In this document: in pieces, positions 37,177-47,280 of the stretch
Layout: each line of letters begins with the position of its first letter
Position numbering within the stretch: position 1 is the first letter of the stretch
Assembly (NCBI GenBank): GCA_965202805.1
Contig: OZ241869.1
Coordinates: 3,104,001-3,168,000, forward strand
DNA length: 64,000 nt
Source: Longimicrobiales bacterium
GTDB taxonomy: Bacteria; Gemmatimonadota; Gemmatimonadetes; Longimicrobiales; Gaopeijiaceae
Direction: 5' to 3'
Position numbers and translations under genes: made by a program
The notes under the pieces: generated by a model
What the model was told of the DNA's origin: nothing
What the model saw: only the letters and a program-made list of their open reading frames with translations
Databases searched by the model: none

Positions 37177-39672
37177 ATGGCCCCGACCACCACACCCTCC
37201 CGCCCCATGTCCACGGCCCGGCGATTCCGCGGCAGCGGACGGAGAATGCTGCAATCCACGCTGGTGGCGGCCTGCGCCGCTGCGTTCCTGAGCGCGGGCG
37301 CGGCCGACGCCTCCGCCCAGGACGGGTACCGCATGCCTCCCGAGGAGATCGTGCGAATCCTGGACGCGCCTCCTCCCCCGTTCGTGAACGTCAGCCCGGA
37401 CGGGGAGTGGATCGTCCTCACGGGGCGTCTCAGCATGCCCTCGATCGAAGACATGGCGCAGCCCATGCTGCGTCTGGGGGGGCGGCGCATCAATCCGGCG
37501 ACAACCGGTGTTTTCGGACCCTCCACCGGACGAAATCCGGGACTCACGACGACCCTCTCCGTGATGAACGTCTCCGACGGCTCCCAGCGTCCGGTCGACG
37601 CGCCCGAGGGCGGCTGGGGCGTGCCGCGCTTCGCCCCCGGGGGAGACCGCTTCGCCATCACGCGCACCGTAAGCGACGGGATCGAGCTCTGGATGGGGAG
37701 CGTCTCGGAGGCGAGCGTCCGCAGGCTCACCGGCGAGCGGCTGAACGGCGTGCGCGGAGAACCCTGCGACTGGATGCCCGGCGGGGACGAGTTGCTCTGC
37801 ACCCTGGTGCCTTCGGGCCGCGGCCCCTCTCCCATGGCGCCCTCGGTGCCCGGCGGCCCGGTCATCCAGGAGGCCGAAGGAAGGAACGCCCCGGTGCGCA
37901 CCTACCAGGATCTCATCGAAGACTCCCACGGCGAGGCGCTGTTCGAGTACTTCGCCACCTCCCGGCCCGCTCTGGTCGATGCGGACGACGGGACCGTGCG
38001 CACGCTGGCGGAACCCGGCATCTGGGATCTCAGTCGTTCGCCCAGCGGCGCGTACATCCTCGCGGAGAGGACCGTGCGCCCCTTCTCCTACCTGGTGCCG
38101 GATTCGCGCTTCCCGAAAGAGCTGGAGATCTGGAGCCGGGACGGCGGCGTGGTGGCCGAAGTCGCGGCGATCCCCCTCGCGGACGGAGCCCCGATCGGGG
38201 GCGTGGAGGAGGGACCGCGCGGCCACCGCTGGATTCCCGGAGAGGATCACACGCTCATGTGGGTCGAGGCGCTGGACGGGGGCGATCCCTGGACGGAGGC
38301 GGAGAACCGCGACCGCGTGATGCGGCTGACGGCCCCGTTCGACGGTGAGGCCGGCGAAGTGGCGCGAACGGCCCTCCGCTACGCGGGACTCTCGCGCGGG
38401 GAGGATGGTCTGGCGCTGCTGACCGAGACCTGGCGCCGGTCCAACACGGTCCGCACCTGGCAGATCGACCTGGATGGCGGCGGCGAACCCCGGCTGATCT
38501 GGGAACGCAACTCGCAGGACCGCTACAGCGATCCCGGAACGCCGGTGACGCGGCGCGCGGAGAACGGCGAGTCGCTCATCGTGCAGGACGGCGACTGGAT
38601 CTTCCTGACGGGTGCGGGAGCCTCGGATGCCGGCGACCATCCGTTCCTCGACCGCATGAATCTCGCCACCGGCGAGAGCGAACGCCTCTTCCAGGCCGCT
38701 CCCGGCAGCTACGAGTCCGTGGTCGCCATGCTCGACGACGACGGCCGCCGGGTCCTCACCCAGCACGAGACCCCGCTTGACCCGCCCAACTACTTCGTGC
38801 GCGACACCCGCTCCGAGGACCGCAGGCAGCTGACCCGGTTCGAAAACCCCCATCCCCAGCTCTCCGGCGTGACCCGCCAGTTCGTCACCTACGAGCGCGA
38901 GGACGGGGTGCAGCTCTCCGGTACGCTCTACCTCCCCGCCGACTACGAGGAGGGAACGCGGCTGCCCACGATCGTGTGGGCCTATCCCCGGGAGTACTCG
39001 AATCCCGACGTGGCCGGCCAGGTGCGCGGATCGCCCAGCCGCTTCACGCGCGTGGGAGGCGCCTCACACCTCTTCTTCCTGACCCAGGGATATGCGGTCT
39101 TCGACGGACCCACCATGCCGATCATCGGGGAGGAGACCCCCAACGACACCTACGTGGACCAACTGGTGAGCTCGGCCGCGGCGGCCGTGGACAAGGTGGT
39201 CGAAATGGGCGTGACCGACCGCGACCGGGTCGGCGTCGGCGGCCACAGCTACGGCGCCTTCATGACCGCCAACCTGCTCGCCCACTCCGACCTGTTCCAG
39301 GCCGGCATCGCGCGCAGCGGCGCGTACAATCGCACCCTCACCCCTTTCGGCTTCCAGAACGAGCGCCGCACCTTCTGGGAGGCGGGCGACGTCTACTTCG
39401 CGATGTCGCCGTTCATGCACGCCGACGACATCAACGAACCGATGATCCTCATCCACGGGGATGCCGACAACAACTCGGGGACCTTCCCGGTGCAGTCCCG
39501 GCGCATGTTCCACGCGATGAAGGGCAACGGCGGCACGGCCCGGCTGGTGATGCTCCCCCACGAGAGCCACGGCTACCGCGGGCGCGAATCGGTGATGCAC
39601 GCCGTGGCCGAGATGATCGAGTGGATGGACAGGTACGTGAAGAACGCGGGGACACCGGTGATGGACCGGTAG
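37177..39672 (+). CDS. S9 family peptidase (glutamyl peptidase-like)
   Basis: Signal peptide; RTYQDL, WAYPREY, GGHSYGAFMTANLL, IHGDADNNSGTF, ESHGY. Confidence 0.92.
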   Translation: MAPTTTPSRPMSTARRFRGSGRRMLQSTLVAACAAAFLSAGAADASAQDGYRMPPEEIVRILDAPPPPFVNVSPDGEWIVLTGRLSMPSIEDMAQPMLRLGGRRINPATTGVFGPSTGRNPGLTTTLSVMNVSDGSQRPVDAPEGGWGVPRFAPGGDRFAITRTVSDGIELWMGSVSEASVRRLTGERLNGVRGEPCDWMPGGDELLCTLVPSGRGPSPMAPSVPGGPVIQEAEGRNAPVRTYQDLIEDSHGEALFEYFATSRPALVDADDGTVRTLAEPGIWDLSRSPSGAYILAERTVRPFSYLVPDSRFPKELEIWSRDGGVVAEVAAIPLADGAPIGGVEEGPRGHRWIPGEDHTLMWVEALDGGDPWTEAENRDRVMRLTAPFDGEAGEVARTALRYAGLSRGEDGLALLTETWRRSNTVRTWQIDLDGGGEPRLIWERNSQDRYSDPGTPVTRRAENGESLIVQDGDWIFLTGAGASDAGDHPFLDRMNLATGESERLFQAAPGSYESVVAMLDDDGRRVLTQHETPLDPPNYFVRDTRSEDRRQLTRFENPHPQLSGVTRQFVTYEREDGVQLSGTLYLPADYEEGTRLPTIVWAYPREYSNPDVAGQVRGSPSRFTRVGGASHLFFLTQGYAVFDGPTMPIIGEETPNDTYVDQLVSSAAAAVDKVVEMGVTDRDRVGVGGHSYGAFMTANLLAHSDLFQAGIARSGAYNRTLTPFGFQNERRTFWEAGDVYFAMSPFMHADDINEPMILIHGDADNNSGTFPVQSRRMFHAMKGNGGTARLVMLPHESHGYRGRESVMHAVAEMIEWMDRYVKNAGTPVMDR

Positions 39673-39675
39673 GGG

Positions 39676-40632
39676 GTGGACGAGTCGCTGGAGGCCGTCG
39701 CCCGGCGATGTTTCGAGCGGGAGGAGGCACAGAGGCGGGAGAAGAAGAAGGGGTGGCATTTGGCGCTCGCGCGGGGATGGGCGAATACCCCGAGCGCGAG
39801 CCGCGACCTTGCGGAAACCGTCGGGTGCACCTGGTCCCTCCTCAAGCTCGGAGGACTGTGGCTGATCTTCGGGCTGGTGCTGGACTCCGGCTTTCTGGGT
39901 CTTGGTTCGGCGCTGGCGACACTGGCGGCCGTGCGCTTTCTTCCCGCCCGCCAGCGAATGTCCCGCCGCCTGGCAGCCTTTCGCGCCGGCGATCCGGATG
40001 CGACCGAAGCCGTGTACCGATTCGCCGTGGACGAATTCCGCGGGCAGGTCGAGAGACACAGGGCGCGAACCCTGGGGCGCGGATCCGAATGGGGCGCCGC
40101 TCGCGCTGAGCTCGCCGGGGCCGTGGACGACGCCCACCGTTCGATGGCCTACTGGCGGGCCCGTCTGAGCCAGGATCCCGACAATCGGACGTTCGCCGGC
40201 CAGTTGAAGACGGCGACCGGACTGCATGCCAAGCTCCGTTCAGCCCTCGGAAAGCTCGACGGACGGGCCGACGTCCTTCGCAGGTTCTATAACGACTGCG
40301 AGGCCAGAATCGCGGTCATGGACCGCTGCAACCGCGACATCGAGGAGACCCGTCGGCTCGACCGGCTGTCGGGAGCCGCCGACATGGTGATTGCCGGGGC
40401 CGAGACGGCGCTGGCGGGGATCGGCGCAAGCTTCGTGCGCGAGGCTCGGAAGGTGGGGGAGGTGCTTGGATCCTTCGAACGTCTCCAACTGAAGTCGCTC
40501 GCAGGCGAGGCGCCGCTGGACGACATCGAGTTCCTGGCCGACCGGATCAACGAGTCCTCCGAAGCGGAGTTCGCCACCGTCGAGCGATTGAGTCGGACGA
40601 TGGGGGAGTTCGGCGAACCCGGCGGGGGGTGA
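39676..40632 (+). CDS. Hypothetical membrane-anchored coiled-coil protein
   Basis: Two hydrophobic segments followed by a long helical region; 3 nt after the S9 stop. Confidence 0.65.
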   Translation: MDESLEAVARRCFEREEAQRREKKKGWHLALARGWANTPSASRDLAETVGCTWSLLKLGGLWLIFGLVLDSGFLGLGSALATLAAVRFLPARQRMSRRLAAFRAGDPDATEAVYRFAVDEFRGQVERHRARTLGRGSEWGAARAELAGAVDDAHRSMAYWRARLSQDPDNRTFAGQLKTATGLHAKLRSALGKLDGRADVLRRFYNDCEARIAVMDRCNRDIEETRRLDRLSGAADMVIAGAETALAGIGASFVREARKVGEVLGSFERLQLKSLAGEAPLDDIEFLADRINESSEAEFATVERLSRTMGEFGEPGGG

Positions 40633-40641
40633 GTGGGGCGG

Positions 40642-41442
40642 CTACGTCGCCCGGAGCAGCGCCATCACGTCCTCCCGGTTCGCCATCTCCTGCTCGCGTT
40701 CCAGAAACGGTCTCACGTCCGCGGAGACACCGCTCCAGGAGATCGCGGTGAGCCGTTGAAGCACCGCCCTTCGCCAACCGTCCCGGGTAAGGGGGATGGT
40801 CCCGGCGTCACTCTGCGCAAGCGCTGAATTGAGCAGTCGGAGGTTGGGCGCCGGCCAGGCGGGATCGCTCAGGTACCAGACGAGGTCGTAGACGTCCCGG
40901 CCCTTCGTCCACGGTCGGCGGAGCAGCGCGTGCAGCTTGCCCGCAAACAGGGATCCGCGGTCGTGGTGATGGAGTCGCAGGGGCACATGCCTGCGAACCA
41001 GCCGGGTTTCGGTCACCGCTCCCTTCGGGGGTCGGGTGTCCACGTCCACCTTGACGGCCAGAACCTCGTCGCGATGCGGCGACAGTCCGGTCTCGTACAG
41101 GATGCCGGAGAACCGTACCCAGGCCGAGTGGACGCTTCCCCGCTCGCGGAGCGAAGTCCTGATCGCGTATTGCTCGCGTCGGAACTGGCGAGTCATCGCC
41201 TCGATCCACCTGCGCAGGTCGTAAGCCTCGCGGGCGCCCTCCAGGGCGAAATCGAGATCTTCCGAGTACCGGGGCAGATCGTACAGGAAGCGAAGAGCGG
41301 TGCCTCCCTGGAACGCCAGCACGCCCATCGCTCCCGCGCGCTGAAGTCCTTCCAGAACGCGCGCCTGAAGGTACTCCCGCAGCACGTTCCGACCCACAAG
41401 GGCATCCATGTTCCGAACCAGCGCGCGCACGTGGTCCTTCAT
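40642..41442 (-). CDS. abiEii: AbiEii-family nucleotidyltransferase toxin (type IV TA)
   Basis: REYLQ..FQGGTALR..RYSEDLDF, GKLHALL, KGRDVYDL; ATGA overlap with the antitoxin. Confidence 0.9.
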   Translation of the reverse strand: MKDHVRALVRNMDALVGRNVLREYLQARVLEGLQRAGAMGVLAFQGGTALRFLYDLPRYSEDLDFALEGAREAYDLRRWIEAMTRQFRREQYAIRTSLRERGSVHSAWVRFSGILYETGLSPHRDEVLAVKVDVDTRPPKGAVTETRLVRRHVPLRLHHHDRGSLFAGKLHALLRRPWTKGRDVYDLVWYLSDPAWPAPNLRLLNSALAQSDAGTIPLTRDGWRRAVLQRLTAISWSGVSADVRPFLEREQEMANREDVMALLRAT

Positions 41443-42077
41443 GGCTGCTCGAAGGCCAACTCGGGATCGTTCGAGAGCGCCCGCACGCAGGCGGCGGCTC
41501 GAATGAGCTTCGGCCGGCCGAGGGACGAGGCCAGATCTCGCATCACGTCGGGTGACAGATTCTCGACATTCAGGCGGAGCTCTCCGATCCACGCGGGATC
41601 ATCGCCGCGAGGTTGCAGATGAACCATGTCCAGAAAAGCCTTTTCGGGAGATGCCACGAAGGCGCTTTGCCCCGAACCGAGGTTCACCAGCCGGTAACCG
41701 CGTCGCATGTCTCCCTTCAGATACCTGAACGAGTAGCGGCCCAACGGTGTTGTCCTGACATGCCGGCGCCCCGGACCGCAGCTGGTGACTTCCGGTACGA
41801 ATTCCGGAATGGCGTGGGCGAACGCGAGCGCGGACAAACCGGTTACGTAGCTTCCCGGAACGAGTCGGTTCGCGACGAGGAAGGGATGAGGGATCAGCTT
41901 CCGGTAGGGGGGCGCCAGCGAGTACAGGCCCCTCCGTAGCCGGAAGACCCTCCCGGAGCGCTGCCAACGGCTGAGTTGCGCCGGAAGTCCCGGTTCCGGC
42001 GAACGCCCGGCCATCAGAAACCCTGTCTCGAAGACGGGCTCGTCCTCGACGATCTCGAGGAGTTCGGAGAATTTCAT
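41439..42077 (-). CDS. abiEi: AbiEi-like antitoxin / transcriptional regulator
   Basis: QLSRW..RLRRGLY, SYV..SAL..IPE, ASPEKAFLD; coupled to the toxin gene. Confidence 0.85.
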   Translation of the reverse strand: MKFSELLEIVEDEPVFETGFLMAGRSPEPGLPAQLSRWQRSGRVFRLRRGLYSLAPPYRKLIPHPFLVANRLVPGSYVTGLSALAFAHAIPEFVPEVTSCGPGRRHVRTTPLGRYSFRYLKGDMRRGYRLVNLGSGQSAFVASPEKAFLDMVHLQPRGDDPAWIGELRLNVENLSPDVMRDLASSLGRPKLIRAAACVRALSNDPELAFEQP

Positions 42078-42422
42078 GCGATGACAATTGCTTGGTCAGG
42101 CAAGTTAACGCAATGAATCGGGTGCGACTGACCACCGGTACGCGGTTCTGGTTCGTCGCCCACGAGGGGGCACCGCGCCATCTGGACGAGCACGCGCACC
42201 AGCAGCGTCGGATATGGATGATCTGGTATACATGAACAGCCACAAATCACCGATTTTGTATACTAAATCCTCCAAATCACGTTTGATCGATCACCGCGTC
42301 GAACGCCGTGCTGGTTGACGCTGGTGTCTCGCGGAGGGTACCGATGAGACGAGGATGCGTGAAGCGCCGTTCCCCACCGCAACCCCGTTGCAACAACCTG
42401 AAACCCGAGGAGTGACCTGACC

Positions 42423-43514
42423 ATGCCCGTTCGCGCCGCCGTGATGACCGGGCCCCATGAGCCGATGGTGGTCCGGACGCTCCCCGACCCGGAGATGGAG
42501 CCGGGCGCCGTCCTGCTGGAGACCGTCGCCAGCGAGGTGTGCGGGACCGACGTGCACCTGTGGCACGGGCGGCTCGCCGGGGTGCCCTATCCGATCATCC
42601 CGGGCCACGTGAGCGTGGGCAGGGTGGCGGAGGCGCGCGGGGTGGAGCACGACGCGCTCGGACGGCCGCTGGCGCCCGGCGACGTCGTGACCTTCCTCGA
42701 CGTGCACGAGACCTGCTACCGCTGCTACCACTGCCTGGTGGCGCGCCAGCCCAACCGGTGCTCCGCGCGCAAGGTGTACGGCATCACCTACGCCCTTGCG
42801 GACGGGTTGCTGGGGGGGTGGGCGGAACGCATCTACCTGAAGCCGGGCGTGCGCATCCTCAGGCTGCCGGACAACCTGGCCGCGGACGACGTGATCGGGG
42901 GCGGGTGCGGGCTATTCACCGGCTTCGCGGCGGTGGATCGCGCCGGGGCGCGCATGGGGGATGTGGTGGTGGTGCAGGGGGCCGGTCCGGTGGGGCTGGC
43001 GGCGGCCGCGTTCGCCGGACTCTCCGGCGCGGCGGAGGTCGTGCTCATCGGCGACCCGGATGCCCGCCTGGCGCTGGGGGCGCGCATGGGAGCGGACGTC
43101 ACGCTTTCGTTGTCGGGCACCACCCCGGAGGAGCGCCTCGACGCGGTGATGGCCCGCACGGACGGGCGGGGGGCGGACGTGGTCATCGAGGCCAGCGGCA
43201 ATCCGGCCGCCATCCCCGAGGGGTTCGCGCTTGCACGCGACGGAGGCCGCTACGTCGTGGCCGGGCACTACACCGACGCCGGTTCCGTCGACATCAATCC
43301 CCACACCGACATCAACCGCAAGCACGTTGACGTGCGCGGACAGTGGGGAACCGACTTCCATCACCTGGTGCGGGCCCTGCGGCTGCTGTCCCGGCACCGC
43401 CAGCGCCTGCCCTTCGCCGAGGTGATCGGGGCGCGTTATCCGCTGGAGAGCACGCAGCAGGCGCTCGAGGATGTGGCCGCGCTGCGGGTCACGAAGGCCC
43501 TGGTGGTGCCCTGA
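42423..43514 (+). CDS. Zinc-binding alcohol dehydrogenase (MDR family)
   Basis: GAGGAG RBS; CGTDVH, PGHV, CxxCxxC-X7-C, GAGPVG. Confidence 0.9.
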   Translation: MPVRAAVMTGPHEPMVVRTLPDPEMEPGAVLLETVASEVCGTDVHLWHGRLAGVPYPIIPGHVSVGRVAEARGVEHDALGRPLAPGDVVTFLDVHETCYRCYHCLVARQPNRCSARKVYGITYALADGLLGGWAERIYLKPGVRILRLPDNLAADDVIGGGCGLFTGFAAVDRAGARMGDVVVVQGAGPVGLAAAAFAGLSGAAEVVLIGDPDARLALGARMGADVTLSLSGTTPEERLDAVMARTDGRGADVVIEASGNPAAIPEGFALARDGGRYVVAGHYTDAGSVDINPHTDINRKHVDVRGQWGTDFHHLVRALRLLSRHRQRLPFAEVIGARYPLESTQQALEDVAALRVTKALVVP

Positions 43515-43519
43515 CAGCC

Positions 43520-44236
43520 TCAGATGGCTCGCGCGGATTCGTCCGCGGGCTGCCGGGCCGGCTCCTGGTCGATGAAGATGCAGCGCGCCAGGTCGAAGCC
43601 GATGGCCTGGCTGTCGCCGTCGGGCCCGCCCAGGCGCACCGTCACCGGCCCGTTGAAGGGAGCCCTCTCCTCCACCGCCAGAATCACGCCCGGCAGGAGC
43701 CCCCTGGCCTCCAGATAGCGCAGCCTCTCCGGCTCATCGTCGCGCACCGCCCGGATCCGGATCGGGCCCGTGGCCTCGGAGTCCGCCAGCGTCGGGTAGC
43801 TGGTGGAGTCGATCTCTCCGCCGGAGGTCGGGATGGGCGCGCCGTGCGGATCGTGGCGCGGGTTCTTGAGCGCATCGGCCATGCGCTCGATGAGCTGATC
43901 GGAGGCGGCGTGCTCCAGCCGCTCGGCTTCGTCGTGCACATCTTCCCATGAGTAGCCCAGGCGCACGCTGAGGTAGGTTTCGAGGATGCGGTGGCGACGA
44001 ACGACGCGGAGCGCCTCCCGGCGGCCGCTGGGCGTGAGGCTTACGCCGCGGTAGGGCTCATGCTCGACGACCCCCAGGTCGGCCAGGCGCTTCACCATTC
44101 CGCTGACCGACGCGGGCTGTACGTTGAGGGTGCTGGCGATATCGCTCGTGGTGGCGGTATCGTCGTGCTCCGTGAGGGCGAAGATTGCCTTGAGGTAGTC
44201 CTCGACGGAGGTAGAGAAACGGGAGGAGTGTGCCAT
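43520..44236 (-). CDS. DtxR/MntR family metal-dependent regulator with FeoA domain
   Basis: EDYLKAI, ASVSGMVKRL, RRHRILE, HDEAERLEH, DPHGAPIP. Confidence 0.93.
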   Translation of the reverse strand: MAHSSRFSTSVEDYLKAIFALTEHDDTATTSDIASTLNVQPASVSGMVKRLADLGVVEHEPYRGVSLTPSGRREALRVVRRHRILETYLSVRLGYSWEDVHDEAERLEHAASDQLIERMADALKNPRHDPHGAPIPTSGGEIDSTSYPTLADSEATGPIRIRAVRDDEPERLRYLEARGLLPGVILAVEERAPFNGPVTVRLGGPDGDSQAIGFDLARCIFIDQEPARQPADESARAI

Positions 44237-44374
44237 CGCGGGTTGTTGTTGCGTGAGCGGGGCCACAATCTAACCTGTCCCTTCCCGCGCCGCCGAAGCG
44301 CTTCCCGCGCCCGGGGAGCGGCCGGCCGAGGGGGCCATCCGAAACCAGTCCGACCAACCCGGAGCGATACGTTC

Positions 44375-45022
44375 ATGAGAATCGGATACCGATCGAAGGC
44401 GACTGCGCTGGTGCTGTTCGCGGGATGCCTTGCCACGGCGCTGGCGCCGGAAGGCGCGAGGGCGCAGGGGGGCTACCTGATCTTCCAGGCCGGATACTAC
44501 GTGCCCACCCAGGATCTGGGGGTTCTGAGGGACGCCGGGTTCGAGCAGGCGGTCGAGTTCGGCAAGCGTGAACGGAGCTTCGCGTACTCGCTCGGGCTGG
44601 AACTCGCCGTTTCCGGACCGATCTCGGGGCGCGCGACGCTGGCGTACGCGACGACTGCGGACCTCGGCGTCGAGGGGGGCATGTGTCCGGAGTGCAAGGC
44701 CAGGAACAACCTCCTCAACGCCACCGCGGCCATCGTCTTCCGCCCGCTTCCCAGCGGCGTTCCCGTTCAGCCGTACCTGCTGGGTGGCGGGGGCGTGAAG
44801 CACTACGACCTGACGTCCCTGGACGAATTGCACCGGTCGCCCCTGCACGATCAGACCCGCAGGACCATGCTGCTCGGCGGGGGCATCGAGGTGAGAATGG
44901 GCCCGCTGCGCATCGTGACCGAACTCTCCGACTACATCAGCCCGATCTTCAGCGACAACGACATGGAGACCACGCAGCACGATCTGTTCCTGACGGCGGG
45001 GCTCATGCTGGGGAGCGGCTGA
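44375..45022 (+). CDS. Small outer membrane beta-barrel-like protein
   Basis: Signal ending ARA-Q; PYLLGGGG, amphipathic strands, QHDLFLTAGL. Confidence 0.7.
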   Translation: MRIGYRSKATALVLFAGCLATALAPEGARAQGGYLIFQAGYYVPTQDLGVLRDAGFEQAVEFGKRERSFAYSLGLELAVSGPISGRATLAYATTADLGVEGGMCPECKARNNLLNATAAIVFRPLPSGVPVQPYLLGGGGVKHYDLTSLDELHRSPLHDQTRRTMLLGGGIEVRMGPLRIVTELSDYISPIFSDNDMETTQHDLFLTAGLMLGSG

Positions 45023-45151
45023 GGCGGCTGAGGCGGCGCCGAGCTTGGCGAAAACGGCGGGGAAACATATCTTTATCATTCTGTGCCGTTGTGTTGGGGC
45101 ACGGTGTTTCGGTCAGCCGATTTCGAAGTCCTGGACGAGTTGGAGGTGAGC

Positions 45152-45370
45152 GTGCCTGAATCCGCGCCCCATGAGAAGATGATCGATTCCGTAGCTGTGG
45201 ACGCCAAGCGCATCCTGCTTCGGTATGGGACGCCCATCGCGATCCTGGACCGCGTCTCGGAAGTAGACCGGATCGCGCTCGCTCGCCAGGTCAGCCGCAC
45301 GCGCCTGCCTGACCGCGAGCCGCGGCTCAGAGCGCTGCTGGAAGAGCACGGGTACCTCCAGGTGGACTGA
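45152..45370 (+). CDS. Small hypothetical protein (about 72 aa)
   Basis: GGAGG before GTG 45152; IDSVAVDAKRILLRYG; start uncertain. Confidence 0.65.
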   Translation: MPESAPHEKMIDSVAVDAKRILLRYGTPIAILDRVSEVDRIALARQVSRTRLPDREPRLRALLEEHGYLQVD

Positions 45371-45438
45371 GTTATCAGGGGGCGCGGGATCTGCGGATCG
45401 AAGGGTCCGCGCCGCGTTTGCGCGGGACGGGAGGTTTC

Positions 45439-47145
45439 ATGAGGGCATCGCACTCCTCTCGCTGTCTTGCCCTTTCGCTGGTTCTGCTGTGGGGATGTGG
45501 CGGGACTGCGCCGACGCGCGTCGAGCCCACCACCGACCAGGTGGCGCAGTCGAGCCGGGGCATGGTGGTCGCGGCCCAGCCGCTGGCGACGGCGGCGGGC
45601 GTCGAAATGCTCGAGCGGGGCGGCAACGCGGCCGATGCCGCGGTGGCCGCGGCGTTCGCCGTATCGGTGGTGGAGCCGAGCATGAACTCGATCGGCGGGC
45701 GCACCCAGATCCTGGTGCGAACCGCGGACGGGGTCTTCCACGGCATCGACGCCACCACCCAGGCCCCGGACACCTACGACCCCGACACGGCCCCTCAGGC
45801 CGGGTACGGGTATCCCACCGTCGGATTGCCGGGCGCCGTCGCGGGGCTTACCAGGCTCCTTCAGGAGCACGGCACGCTTCCGCTGGCCACCGTGATGGAG
45901 CCGGCCATCCGGTACGCGTCCGAAGGCTTCGCGCTCCTGCCCGGCGAAGCCGCCCGCCAGGCGTCGACCGCGGAGCAACTGCGGGAATCCGAGGGCGCGA
46001 CCCTCTACTACATCGAGCCGGACGGATCGCCGTACGACGCGGGCGACCATTTCGTGCAGAACGATCTGGCGATGGTGCTGCGCCGCATCGCTTCCGGAGG
46101 CGCCGACGCCTTCTACCGGGGCGAGATCGCGCAAGCCATGGCCGATGACATCGTGGGCGCGGGCGGGCACGTCACGGCCGCCGCGCTCGCCGGCTACCGC
46201 GCCGAGGATGCCCGGGTAGTGCGGGGCAGCTACCGCGGCCACGAACTGGTGGGGACGTTCACCCCCGCGGCCGGGGCCATGACCATCGGCATCCTGCAGA
46301 TCATCGAGAACTTCGACATGGCGGGGGCCGACGAGACGACGTGGGCCTCGGTGGTGGGACAGGCGCTCGCGCTCGGCTTCGAGGGGGCCCGAACCCATCG
46401 CGGACCGGACGCCTGGCAGCTGCTCACGTCGCGGGAATGGGCGAGCGAGCAGGCCGAGCGCGTGCGGCTGCCGGTGGCGGCGGCGGCCATGGGGCCCGAG
46501 CCCGCAGCCGTGCCCCGGGGCTCCCCGGAGCCCGCGGCTGCCTACCTCGCCGGCCCCGACGACGAAGGGCACACCACGCACCTCTCGACCGCGGATGCCG
46601 ACGGCATGGCGGTCGCGCTCACCCAGACCATCGGGCCGGCGATGGGATCGAAGATCGCCACCCCGGGGCTGGGCTTCCTCTACGCGGCGACCCTGGGAGG
46701 GTATCTGGGCCGCCTCGAGCCGGGCGAGCGCGCCCGCTCCAACATCTCCCCGTTCATGGTCATGGACGGCGGCGATCCCATGCTGGTGCTTGGGGCGGCG
46801 GGGGGCGCACGCATCGTCTCGGCGGTCGTGCAGGCGGTGTGCCGGGTCGTCGATCAGGGGCTCTCGCTTCCCGAGGCATTGGCCGCCGCGCGCCTTCATC
46901 CGATGCAGGGATCACTGAACTCTCCGGGTTCCGAGAGCGGATTCCAGATGGAGACCTCTCCGGAGATCGGCTGGTCGGCGGATGTCCTCGCGGAGCTGCG
47001 CCAGTTGGGCTTCGCAGTGCAGGAGGTGCCGCGCGCCGGCGCGTTCGGTCGCATCCACGGGATGTCGTGGGACGCCGCGACCTCCTCCTGGACGGGCGCC
47101 GCGGACCCGGACTGGGAGGGGAGCGCCGCGGCGCCTCGCAACTGA
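45439..47145 (+). CDS. ggt: Gamma-glutamyltransferase family lipoprotein
   Basis: GGAGG RBS; lipobox LWG-C; GGNAADAAVA, EP..SIGG, HTTHLS (Thr nucleophile), GAAGGARI, GAADP. Confidence 0.92.
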   Translation: MRASHSSRCLALSLVLLWGCGGTAPTRVEPTTDQVAQSSRGMVVAAQPLATAAGVEMLERGGNAADAAVAAAFAVSVVEPSMNSIGGRTQILVRTADGVFHGIDATTQAPDTYDPDTAPQAGYGYPTVGLPGAVAGLTRLLQEHGTLPLATVMEPAIRYASEGFALLPGEAARQASTAEQLRESEGATLYYIEPDGSPYDAGDHFVQNDLAMVLRRIASGGADAFYRGEIAQAMADDIVGAGGHVTAAALAGYRAEDARVVRGSYRGHELVGTFTPAAGAMTIGILQIIENFDMAGADETTWASVVGQALALGFEGARTHRGPDAWQLLTSREWASEQAERVRLPVAAAAMGPEPAAVPRGSPEPAAAYLAGPDDEGHTTHLSTADADGMAVALTQTIGPAMGSKIATPGLGFLYAATLGGYLGRLEPGERARSNISPFMVMDGGDPMLVLGAAGGARIVSAVVQAVCRVVDQGLSLPEALAAARLHPMQGSLNSPGSESGFQMETSPEIGWSADVLAELRQLGFAVQEVPRAGAFGRIHGMSWDAATSSWTGAADPDWEGSAAAPRN

Positions 47146-47280
47146 CCGGGGCAGAAACCAGCGGGTCGTTCGCCCACGGTCACTCGCAACGAGGCCGCGT
47201 GCCCCGCTGGCCGCCTGAATGCCGTGGACGCGCAACCGGCGGCGTCCCGCGAACGCTGACCGATGACAAGGAATCCGGAG

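Noticed and set aside
44265..44280. DtxR/MntR operator (AGGTTAG half-site), with a similar TTAGGTTA near 14276
   Set aside because: Only half-sites with no palindromic partner; could be chance
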